Positions 1 to 10,627 of a stretch of DNA of 64,000 bases are shown here, piece by piece (within the stretch, counting starts at the first letter, position 1; each line of letters begins with the position of its first letter). The DNA lies in NCBI GenBank assembly GCA_001244265.2, contig CDLV01000006.1:2046001-2110000 (forward strand), written 5' to 3'. Made by a program: the position numbers and the translations under genes. The notes beneath the pieces were generated by a model. It was not told the origin of the DNA. It searched no databases and saw only the letters and a list, made by a program, of their open reading frames with translations. The stretch is from Microbotryum violaceum (taxonomy: Eukaryota).

Positions 1-584
1 TTGTTCGCGCGTGTCCCGGGTGCACCGCCACAAGTAATCAAGGCTCGGGATCGAAGGCGATGAAGGAGGGCTCGGTCGGCGTTTTGTACGTCGCCTCGTC
101 AGGATGCCGTGGATATTGTGGGATCCGGTCGCATCCGCCATTTGAACTTGTCAAGGCCAGAAGTCGTAGCGGCGGCAAGTTTTGGACTTGGTCGCCTCGA
201 CAGCGATCATTTCCGGCGGCCACGACTCGGAGAGGAGGGAGGCTAACGATGGCTTACGGGAGGGAGATGAAGAGGAGGTGGTGTTGTACGGGCCTTCACT
301 TTTGCGCCGCAAAGACTCGGAAAATGACGAGCAATGGTGGGATCAGTAGAGTAGGATTTGGAAGGAAGACTGGGCCCGCTGTGCGGATGAAGCGGTGAAG
401 GGGAATGAAGAGAGAGCAGCGGTTTGAACGACCGGGACGATTGAGGGGAGTTTGCTTCTTGTTTTCAGGTAGACTACTTTCTTTTTTTTTTGGTCGGGGC
501 TGTCGGCGCCGACTTGGCACCGCTTCGCGGTCAAGCAAACGTGATGAGACCGAGGTGCCGAAGCCGCGAGTGGTCGGGCTCATA

Positions 585-1846
585 TGCAGACGAGAAAAGG
601 ACAAAAATGCCCTCGGATTCCAGACTTCTGAAATACTGGATGTATCAGCTCACAACCAAGAGGGTAGCTCCTTGTAGTCTTTGTGATCAGCGCCGTATAC
701 TCAGAATCTCCAGAGATGCCGTGAGAAGTCAGTTATCACCGTCGCAAAGTCAGGCGCCTATCGCTACTGAAGCGAGGCCCAGTCGAAAGCGAGTGAGAGT
801 ATAGACCGCAGTGTATTACCATAAGAAACAGACCAGCACGCCTTCGACTTGTAGTAATATCGAGACTTTTGACTTATGTCAGACTCAAATGGTCGATCTA
901 TCTATCGCATGTAACTCGGCTGTGTCCGGGCCTTTTGCAGAGGCCACAGCTCGTATCGCGCTTGGCCCGCTCGTCCGCACCCCGGATCCTGCGCTTGAAC
1001 GGACGTCCTGTACGCTTAGGTAAATGTGGCGGAATGATAATGGCACCCTCTTCTTCGCCAGTTGAGTCACTGTCGTCGTGACCTCATAATGCTCACGAGG
1101 AATACGATGCAGAATCCATTGCGACCGACTCAGGTGGAACAGGTTGGAGCGGTGTCGCGTGAATCTGCTCTTGCTGTCGCCGGTGTGTAGCAGCGATTGG
1201 CAACCGTGGGATTCGTCGAAGACAGTGACGGTCCAAACACTGCCTTCTCCTTTGGGAACAGCAGTGGCAGAAAAGGCGCCTGGAGGATCTTGGACACTCT
1301 TGGACACAACGTGCCAATGACGCGTGTCAGACTTGCGAACGTCGAGCTGAAACTGCAGTGGTGATCAAGGCATATCGATCGCCTGCATCCGTGAGCTCCT
1401 TCTTTTCGTAGAATTCGTAGAAATTCCCCCCTTCTTGAAACGATGTTCCGTTGTCGAAAGTCGGTGGTGACTTCGGTGTCGTGGCGAGAATGCGCAAGGA
1501 GGCCAACTTGCACGTCACTGTCGATTCGCGAACTCGCGCGCCTCGACGCGTCGTCGATCGATGAGCTCGAGGCCGTTGACTTTGCGACGCTGATAACTGA
1601 CTTCTCACGGCATCTCTGGAGATTCTGAGTATACGGCGCAGATCACAAGACTACAAAAAGCTATCGTTTTGGTTGTGGTTGATACATCAAGCATTACAGA
1701 AGTCTGGAAACCTTTGAGTCCAAATTATAATATCATGCGACAGTACAGAGAATTACTACCTTTCCGAGGGCATCATTGTCCTTTGAGAAGCGCATATCTG
1801 TCCTCATGAAAAGAAGCGAGGTCATTTTTGTCCTTTTCTCGTTGCA
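585..1846. mobile_element. Non-autonomous Mutator-like (MULE) DNA transposon relic with long terminal inverted repeats
   Basis: 615-752 is the reverse complement of 1577-1712 (shared core GCGCCGTATACTCAGAATCTCCAGAGATGCCGTGAGAAGTCAGTTATCA). 585-615 matches the reverse complement of 1817-1846. The interior carries a MuDR-like transposase N-terminal fragment. No TSD identified. Confidence 0.75.
1150..1460 (-). pseudogene. Frameshifted MuDR/Mutator transposase N-terminal DNA-binding fragment
   Basis: FQEGGNFYEFYEKKELTDAGDRYAL in one frame, then FSATAVPKGEGSVWTVTVFDESHGC in another. This resembles the MuDR pattern G..F....EL..A...YA...W.I..F...H.C and is interrupted by a stop and frameshift. Confidence 0.55.
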
Positions 1847-2267
1847 GATTGACGGTCTCTCGTGCACCCCTGCCGGCCCACAAGCTTTTGTTCAGGGCAC
1901 TGCTATCATAATTTTAGTCTTCTCAAGGGACTCCCCTATGACCGGTGACAGGCCAAAGTTGTCACATGCCGCAGTTTTCCGACAAGACTGAGCGCAAAGA
2001 CAACATCTCGACAGTCGAATTCGTAGCAGAAGGAAGGATGAAACGAAGAACTCCATGCGTTGTTTTTTCAGACAGATGATATCTAAATACATCGGCCACT
2101 ACTTCTACCGTCGAATCGAGAAACGACCAATCAATAAAATAAAAAGTCTGACCAGCTGCTAATGTCCACTCTCTGACAGGAATAAACGAAGGGGTGCAAA
2201 GTGTCCGCCAAGAATAGGTTGGATGTACGCGCAAAGAAGATGCCGCTAATTGATGGGATGCGAAAAA

Positions 2268-2432
2268 GGGTGTGCCGAAGCACTGCAGATAGGGTGTGTG
2301 CCCAATGACTGCACAGAATGGGGTGTACCGGAGCACGGTGGGAATGTGAATGGGTGTGCCGAAGCACTGTTGGAATGTGAATGGGGTTTGCCGAAGCACT
2401 GTGAGAACGTGAATGGGTGTGCCGAAGCACTG
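2268..2432. repeat. Minisatellite, about 6 degenerate ~30-bp units with core GGGTGTGCCGAAGCACTG
   Basis: Exact cores at 2268, 2352 and 2415; variant cores near 2291, 2321 and 2384. Confidence 0.85.
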
Positions 2433-2517
2433 AAGAGCGCAAGGAAAGGCAAAGCAGTGGGCATCATTGTCGAATGCGAATAAGGGAAGAGTAAAGAGGC
2501 GCTAGAGCGAGGGCGGT

Positions 2518-5486
2518 TCAAAGCGTCAAGACGTCCGGATCACCGTTGAAGGGTTGGCGCCAGCCGCAGGCCCATTCCTCCTTGCCGTATTTTCGACCAG
2601 GAAGAGTCGAGGCGTTGTAGCCGAGATGTCGCTGCAGTAATTGCGCTGTACCGACGAGCCCGCTCTTGCCCCAGCGATCACCCGAGACGCCGTATGGGTT
2701 GCGGGCCGAGCCGGCGGGGAAGCGGTGAGCAGGTCGCTTGACTGAAGACGAGTCGGGAGCGCTGCAAACCCCACAACTGGGAATGCGACCTCGCAGGCAA
2801 TCCTGGATGACGAGATCGGGCGTATCCGCGCCTTCGTCCTCGTGCTTGACCGAGAACTCGCCGCGAATGGCCCGAGCGACACGCGCATTGCCATGAGGAT
2901 CGTGAGCCCCGAGAAGCAGGGCCGGCAGCTTGGCGGCGATGAAGCCACGGATCGCGAGGCCTGAACCTCCCGTGGCGACAAAGACGCCGCAATGACCGCT
3001 CGAAGCTTCCTCTTGGCTCATGTCCAGAGACTCGCCTGCAGATCCGGCTTCGGCCAAAGGCCAGTCGGGCATCGCTTCGTTCGTTGCAATCAGAACGCGC
3101 TGCAACTCGGACCAAGCTGAAGTCCACTTTTGACCGCGCGACGTGTCCCGATCGGGGCAGAGGGGGAAGTCGTCCTCGGCGAGCATGACATAGGCGCTTG
3201 AGCCTCCGTCGGTGGCGGCATGGTGCAGGCCTCGAGCGACATGGAGGCGTTGGTCCAATCGGTTCGCGCTGCGGGGATCGCGATACCACTGCAAGTAGTG
3301 AGAGGCCTTGCGAGCGTAGATCGGGCTCTGAGCAAAGTACTCGCGGGCTGCGTCGAACATGGTGTGCGTAGTAAAATGGGTGTAGACAAGCAGCCGCACG
3401 CGGCCTTGGTTGACCGGAGTCATGGTGAAGTTGCCGATGGTCAGCGAATGCGACAAAGGCGTCGTTGCGGGTTCAGGCAGGCCACCAAGCCAGCTTTCGA
3501 TCGTCCGTAGCAAGAAGTCGGGGTTGCCGGGGCGGGGTGCGGTCATGAGCAGGATCGTAAGCAGGTGGGGCTGAGCCGGGTGGAGCTGCGAAAATGTCTC
3601 GTCGAGCGACATGGCTGCTTGAACGGATGCCGACGTTGAGGATCCAGATAGATAGGCAAGACAAGGGATCACGCAAAGAGCGCCGAGAGTAGCTGCAAGC
3701 TGGGACCTGCGCTTCGTTGTGGTGCTGCCGGTGCTGCGCTTCTGCACACGTTGGTCGAGAGCGAAGAGTCCAAGGCAAACGATCGCCGCAACGACAAAGG
3801 CGCTCACGCCCAACCAGAAGCCGGATCCGCCCTGTTCAATTGGAGTGCAGAAGTTGGCCGCCAGCAGAGCCAGATGGAACGGTGAAATCGCGGACTTGGA
3901 GGGCCGATGGCGCATCGTGTAGGCATGCACAAGCGAGAGCGACAGCAGAAGGGGTGCACAACCTGGAGACACAAGATGCGAGTAAACGGTCAGCAATCGT
4001 GTGCGCCTTCACATGGCCCGGGATGAAGGAAGCCAGACATACCAGCCCCAACTTCATGGATCGCACGCGTAGAGAACCACTGCGGGTGAGCCCAACCCAG
4101 GGCGCGTCCAAAGATGTAGCTGAGAGACACGCGCAGCGACAGGATGGCGATCCAGAGCGTCGAGACGAAGAGGGCCTTCAGCGACGTGCTGGCCGAGGTC
4201 TTGGTCTCGATGGAGGCCAGTGACGCAAAGTTGGCAATGGCTAGTGCGGCGGCAGGCTTGACGCCCGATACGAGAAGAGGAGACAAGAATGCATTGGCGT
4301 ATTCGACTGCGGCATGGTTACGGGTGCGTAGGATGTGTACTGGAGAAGACGCGAGCAGGGGGACGGGGGCGAGGAGCGAGGAGAGGATGAGCAAGACCGA
4401 CAGAGACGCCGCAAGCGTGGTCAGCGGAGGCAAAGACTTGGGCAAAACTTCGACGAGCGACGAGAGAGATGGCGTGGTCAAGATCGATTCGGTCTCGGTG
4501 CTGCCCGCGGTGGAGCCGGTGACAAGAGTGATCGAGATCGAGGGAGCGCGACCGCGTTCTCGTCGGCGAGGCAGGGTGTGTCGACGCGATAAGGTCACCT
4601 TGCCGTTGGTCGATGAAGTTGATTCAAAAGATGCTCTGGCGAGTCGTTTCGAGCGTTTCCTCAAGGGCGTCAGGCGAGCCACGTCGAATTCGTATTCACT
4701 GGGTTCAGGCGACGATCGATAGCTCGATCGAGACGAAGACTGGAAGGACTCGACCGAATCGAACGAGTGTTCCTGCGAGTACAAGGACGTGGACAGCATG
4801 CCCTCGTCATCATCAAGGCTGAAGACTGAACCCCTAGGTGAGCCGAGACGCGAGCCGTAATCGTCGTTTTCGTTGCCACGTCGGCCCAAGCTCGAACTTC
4901 GGCTGCGCTGCTCGTGCAGCTGGTGTCTCCGACTCCATTGGAAGACATCGTCGGTGCCCACGCTGCGTGACCTCGTGCCTGAAGAAAAGCGTCTTTGAGA
5001 CCCTCGGCGTGCCACGTTCATTGCAAACAAGCGCGTAGCCTGTGCGAGTTCGTCGTCGACCATCGCGCCGCGATCGCTCACGGAGTCCGATAACCGGGCG
5101 CCGACTACGCCATCGCCATCCACGTGCTGCGCGCTCCGCTGCTGGTGCTGGCGGTGCACTCCCTTGATCGTGTTTTTTCTCCAGAGCGAGATCGAGTCAT
5201 CCGAGGACTCTGCCTCGTCGAGTGTGCCGTAGGCGGAGTCGATGAAAGACGAGTGGATCGAGCTCGAGGAGCACGAGGCCCAGCTGCCCGGACGACTCGC
5301 GCCCAGTGGTTGCGTCGCTAGCAGACGCTCATTAAACCGTCTCGATTCGCTCGAGGCAGCAGCCGCTGCTTCGGCGGCAACAACGGCAGCAGCGGCCTGC
5401 GCGAGCATGTCGTCTCGTGGGGCCCAGTCGGAGGCGGCACTGGCAGTCGCCTGCTGAGATCGCTTTCGACGCAGAAGGTTCGACAT
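2518..5486 (-). CDS. Multi-pass membrane protein with C-terminal GT-A-fold glycosyltransferase-like domain (MGAT4/PGAP4-like)
   Basis: ORFs 3990..5486 and 2518..3996 are joined by a GTATGT..GCTGAC..CCAG intron (~3963-4042). Ser-rich N-terminus, several hydrophobic segments, then LLTILLMTAPRPGNPDFLLRTIESW and YVMLAEDDFPLC (DxD-like). Confidence 0.6.
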
Positions 5487-7029
5487 GGTGGGTTCGGAAC
5501 GGGGAGATTCGATGACGGGGGCGTGCGCGCGCGACGCTTGTTTGGGCCTGGGGTCGAGCTAGCGCCGTTCAGGGCGGCCGGACGACGTTCGGTCAACTTG
5601 GGACAAGCACGAGCACAGGGCGAGGGGCGATGCAAGGATGTTCAAAGCAGAGGGGAGGGCGGATCGGAAACGAAAAGAGGGGAAGGGAACAAGCCTGCAC
5701 ACCGATGTCAAGACCAAGCAGAGTGAGCCAGAGAGGTTCGAGAGGTTGCGCAGCCTTGCGGTGTTGGCCAGCCAGGGCGAAGCATCTTCCGCCTAACGCT
5801 CGCTCAGCTTCTGAGGTGGCGTCCAATCGCTCACGCCGTCCGGGGTGAGAAGGCCAATCGCTCGTCGTGTGGGAGGGACGGGAAGGGCCCACTGGTCGGC
5901 CATTGTTATGACACTGCATGACTCACCTTGAAGGCGGAGCGGACAACGCCGGACTCTCCTTTTTTGACACGACAATCAGACGTAGGCGGGTGGTGGACGA
6001 CGAGATGTTGATGGCAAGGGAGAGCGCAGCAGCCGCAACCTCGACGCTCGCTGCGATTTTTTTGGGGTCCAAGCGGCAACGCCCAACTGGGACGAACGAG
6101 CGATCGCCTTCTGGCCCTTGCGCGCCAACTCGCTCGTCGCGCTCGCCAACTTTCTGCCTGCGATGGCGCCGACGATGCGCTTGGCCTCGGATTTGAACAC
6201 TGCCGACTCTGCTCCGTGGTCCACCGCCTTTTAAATCTCCACCCAAATTACAGCACGTCTTTACCACAGACAGGTCGTCTGTTGCGCTGCCTCGCAGACT
6301 TAAGGACTCTCACGTTTGAACAGGTTCGAACCTCACTGAAGAAATCATGTACGCCTCTGAAGATTGAGGTACCGAAGTCTACAAACCGGCGAGTCGGCGA
6401 CCCCCTGCGGTCCCTTCGGCCCTTCCCGGATGCTGACGCTGCTAGGGCTTTCCTCCGTAGTCCGGCCTGCTCCTGTCGGAGTCCTGCTCGTGTCTCAGCC
6501 GTCCGGCTACACGCGCAATACCGATCGCGAGCGATCGCCGCCGGCTCGGGCCCTCCTGCTCGCTAGATGCTGAGCTCTGAATCCAATTTTTCCCGGGAGA
6601 GGGTACTCCCGATTCGTGCAGAGTGCAACGGTGGTGGATCGTGACTTCGAACAGCTTCAGAGTACCTACCTACATTCTTAGAACCTTGCGAACCGTCGGC
6701 GGCTGGATGGCTCGAGAAGGCGGTCCGTGCCATATCGGCAACATATGAAAGCGTTTGTTCGACCACACTGAAATGGCTACTAAATGACTGGAGGTCCGTT
6801 GATCGGGCTTTCTCACAGTATCCTAATCTGAAATGATGAAATCCGATGAATGTCTCATCATGATGCAGCAATGGCAGTGGTACCTGCTACCTGGTGCCGC
6901 CCCACAAGGCCCTACACAAGCGGGCGCTCTGGCTTTCACCCTTCTGCCAGCTGAGCCAATCGCTACCACTGAACCCCTTGCCCAACTGGACGCTACCACC
7001 GAGCATACCCTCTTCCTCTTCTTCTACTC

Positions 7030-7527
7030 CAACTCTTCAAGATGTTCAAGCTCCATTCGGTAAATCGCCACTGGGAGGTTGTTGGCTGTACCCTTCGCCG
7101 ACCGCGACGGCCGCTCATCCTGGATCTGCGATCGTGCTCGGGCATGGTTTGGGAGCTGTCCTACGCTATCTCAACAAAGGGCCCTGGGTCTATTCTCGCG
7201 CTCAGCGGCCCGTCGACATTTTGAATGTTGAATGCCCGATTTACTTTGCCGTGTGCAAAGACGATACTGTGGCTCCCGCTGGTCCGACGTTAAATTACGC
7301 GGCCAAAGCCCCTAGAGGAGAGACCAAGGTGTACAATGTACGTCTAATCAGCCCGCATTGTCCCACTCGCATTGATTGCGTGGTCGCTTTCGTATGGCTC
7401 ATCCTCAGCTACTATTTCATAAACGGATCAGTTTGGGCATTTCTCGATCTATCACGGCGCTGGCTACGAGGAGGCCTCAAAGGATAACGTGCGTTTCTTG
7501 AAAAAGCACCTCCCCGTGCAGTGTTAG
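7030..7527 (+). pseudogene. Internally deleted alpha/beta hydrolase
   Basis: N-terminal WLYPS..AIVLGHGLGAV is joined directly to C-terminal CPIYFAVCKDDTVAPAGPTLNYAAKAPRGE. Intron 7338-7431 is followed by FGHFSIYHGAGYEEASKDNVRFLKKHL*. No GxSxG nucleophile region. Confidence 0.7.
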
Positions 7528-7805
7528 CCCAAGCCAAGCTCTGAGTCTTTCATATGTCTCTTTAACGACCAGTCTTTTCAAGTTACGAGATTGCGAATCT
7601 CAGGATGTAGGTTCCAAAATTTGGTGGGTCAAGTCACACGTTCATGAGGTGAGAAAATGGAGCGGGTGTGTAGCCGGTGAGAGCCAGTGGCGCCAGTGAG
7701 AGCCGGTGTAGATCTGCGCCTATGCTCCTTTAGAGTGCGCCTCTTGTTCTCGTTCCACCCACACCCGCGTAACATCTGCCTCCGCTCTACCCAAACTACC
7801 CAACT

Positions 7806-8955
7806 AGTACGCTCATAATCAGGGTCGCAGGGTCGCAGGGTCACAGGGAAGGCTCGATTGCTGACCGTAGGACCTGTTCTGCAGTGCCTCAACACGTTCA
7901 AACCAAGGTGTGTGATGATCTCCGTCCCCTTCCGCCTCGAGTCAGGCGCACCTGACCAAGCCGGTGTCGTCATCCTCGGCGGGGGCTGGGCGTGCACCGG
8001 TACTGCCACGTCCGCCCCGGCTCTTCGCGGTGGTCCTACCCGCTCCGGCGCAATCTGCTCATGGCAGTTGTGCTGATCAGAAAGTGAACATGTGCAATTA
8101 CACAGGCCGTCTACAAGCCTGACTCGATGTCGACGGACGAGTATATCGTAATCGTTGCCGATGAATCTGGTGAGTTCCCGCCCGCAGCTTGGGGGCTCCA
8201 TCTCACTTGCTTGGGCTTGTTCGACCAAGACAACAAGAGAGACTATTTTGAATGGCCGTCTGGCCAAGGTCCGGATGTATCGCGGACTGGCTTACTCGGT
8301 CTCCCTCAACATCATCGGCCCACGCCTAGAGCTCGCTCGTCTGACTGACACGATCTCGTGACACCCCGCGCCTCTCTCCCCACTCGTTCCATGGCCTTCT
8401 TCGGCGCACAGCCGCCAAGAAATGGGTCGCAGGTGGTACGTTCTAGCCCTGCATTGCTTCAGAAATGGCTTCTCTCAATGCTGAGTTTGGAAGATGTTTG
8501 TCTCTTCCATTTTCACAGACAAGTGAGCTGCCTTTCCATCGGGCTTTGTTCGAGTGGGGGCAGTTACCCACTTCCTGACCCACTTTGCTGATGCTTTAAT
8601 CGCGCTCGGTACACCTGCGCAACAACAGGACGATTCCGCTCGTTGACATCGTCGACTCGTTTGACGTTTTCCACACTGGGCAAGGCTCGCAAGGTCTGCT
8701 GCAGCGCCCCTCTAAGCAGGAGCTCGACTCAGTTTTTGGTACCCACAACGACACCGAGGTTGTCGAGATCGTGCTCGAGAAGGGCAAATATGTGACCGGG
8801 CCGGCCAAGACCTCGGCAAAGGAAGGCAGCGCTTCGTGAGTGTCGGTTGCTCATGCCGCAGCCGGATATTAACTAGTATTTCTTCCCCGTTCCGTTCCCT
8901 TCTCAGCGGGATCGCCAATCAGACCTCGAGGGGCGCCGTCTCCGGCGGACGATAA
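7806..8955 (+). CDS. RTC3: Rtc3/SBDS N-terminal-like small RNA-metabolism protein
   Basis: Predicted coding exons 7806, 7885-7907, 8106-8169, 8412-8435, 8519-8522, 8629-8835, 8907-8955 give MPQHVQTKAVYKPDSMSTDEYIVIVADESAAKKWVAGDKTIPLVDIVDSFDVFHTGQGSQGLLQRPSKQELDSVFGTHNDTEVVEIVLEKGK...; all introns GT-AG. Confidence 0.8.
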
Positions 8956-9373
8956 ATGGTTTCGCATCAGAAGCATAGCACTCTCTCTTCACCAGTACGT
9001 GGTGGCTTATGGCAAAGTCCTGTCACGGAAACTCGACTCTCAGCGTCCCGACTTTCCTTGAGGCGGACGAGTTCACCCGCTATGTGTCTAATCGCAAACC
9101 TTGAAATCAAACAAAAAGCAATTCAGCCGTACTCATCAACGATGTTTTGAGCATCTGAGACCGTCGATCATGCCCGCGGTCGAAGACGTGTGCCCGCGTT
9201 GGGCTCCGGGGCATGCTCTGCGCCGGCCGGCGGGGGAGGCGGGGGCTGGCGGGGGCACCACTTCGCATGTGAGCGCGTGAACGCGTGAGCGCCGACGCGG
9301 ATGTTCGCCTCTCCCATACACGGTCGTACCCAGAGTCGCTTCCAGTGGACAGCCTCGTGTGGATTAGGGCAAA

Positions 9374-10520
9374 ATGAAGCTGAAAGAACTAGAGTCAGGT
9401 TCGTACTTCGTCGAGCTGGTGGCGAGCACGAGCATCCTGAAGACGAGCTGACGCCCTCGACCATGGTCTTCGCACGGAACAGAACTGCAACCTCTCAAAG
9501 GCTTTGGCGAGCCATACTCAACCGTGTGTATCCCCTCAGACTTGTATCGAATCTTACCCCCGTGCCACCCTTTCTCCGTCTTGCAGCCGCTCCCAAACGC
9601 GAACTAGAACAATACGTCACCTCGGCGCACCTTGCCTCACGGATGCTCTACACCGCCGAATCCCAATTCGCCGACTTGAACGATAAGCACGTTTTGGATT
9701 TGGGATGTGGATGCGCGGTTTTGAGTATTGGTGCGGTCATGTTGGGTGCTTGGTTGAGTTTGTTTTGGATTGGAACTCGTCTGCGAAATATTGCGATGGT
9801 CGAACTGACCCTTAACTTCTGGGATGTATGCAGTGATGTTTTGAGTGTCGATATCGATTCCGACGCTCTTGAGATCGCCAAGCAGAACGTCGAAGAGATC
9901 GATATGGAGGACGAGATCGAATTAGTCAATGCGAGGATAGGGGACATCGCCGAGGACTCGTCAATCGGGAAGGGCTTGCCGAGTCTGGAAGAATATTTGG
10001 CAAATCGGGATAGGGAGAGGAGGTTCGACACGGTCGTTATGGTCAGTTGTGGGAGGACGCCTTGGTATGATACTTCTATAAGAATGTCCTCAAGTGGTTT
10101 GATACTCTCCCGGTGGCACAGAACCCTCCTTTTGGAAGCTGGAGGAAAGGTATCGATATGGCCTTCTTGGAATCGGCGTGCGAGGTGAGCACACCATTGA
10201 TCAACTGGGGTCCGTGATGCAAATCATTGATCTGAGTGCCCGCCGTTTATGGAAATCAGCTCGCAAAGACCGCGGTGTACTCGTTGAACAAGTCTTCGAC
10301 CCGGGACTACATCCTAAAGAAAGCCAAGACTTTCGGCTTTGAAGGGACAGTCATTGCAGAGATGAAGGTGGGGATAATACGAGATGGTCAAGTAAAGACC
10401 CCCTCACTGACGTATTTGTGCATTCCCTAGTATGATCTCCCCAAGACGATGGCACACCATAGCAAGAAGTCGGTAGATATCCTAGTCGACATGTGGCGCT
10501 TCGAACGGATAAGTGGTTGA
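9374..10520 (+). CDS. METTL5: 18S rRNA N6-adenosine methyltransferase METTL5 homolog
   Basis: Spliced product MKLKELESELQPLKGFAAPKRELEQYVTS..VLDLGCGC..FDTVVM|NPPFG..IDMAFL..VYSLNKSSTRDYI..YDLPKTMAHHSKKSVDILVD contains SAM motif I and the NPPF catalytic motif. Confidence 0.9.
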
Positions 10521-10627
10521 CTCGGGGGTTCCACGAGAATGACACCTATGTATTCCATTGTGTAACAACTACTACTAGTACTTGGCATTCCACATTTCGT
10601 AACGCTACAGGTTCCATTATCGATCCT

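Noticed and set aside
2268-2432. CRISPR-like appearance of the repeat array
   Set aside because: Eukaryotic context, short inter-core sequences similar to each other rather than unique spacers, and no cas genes.
6830-6870. Possible C/D-box snoRNA (ATGATGA motif)
   Set aside because: No convincing D box with terminal stem or identifiable guide sequence.
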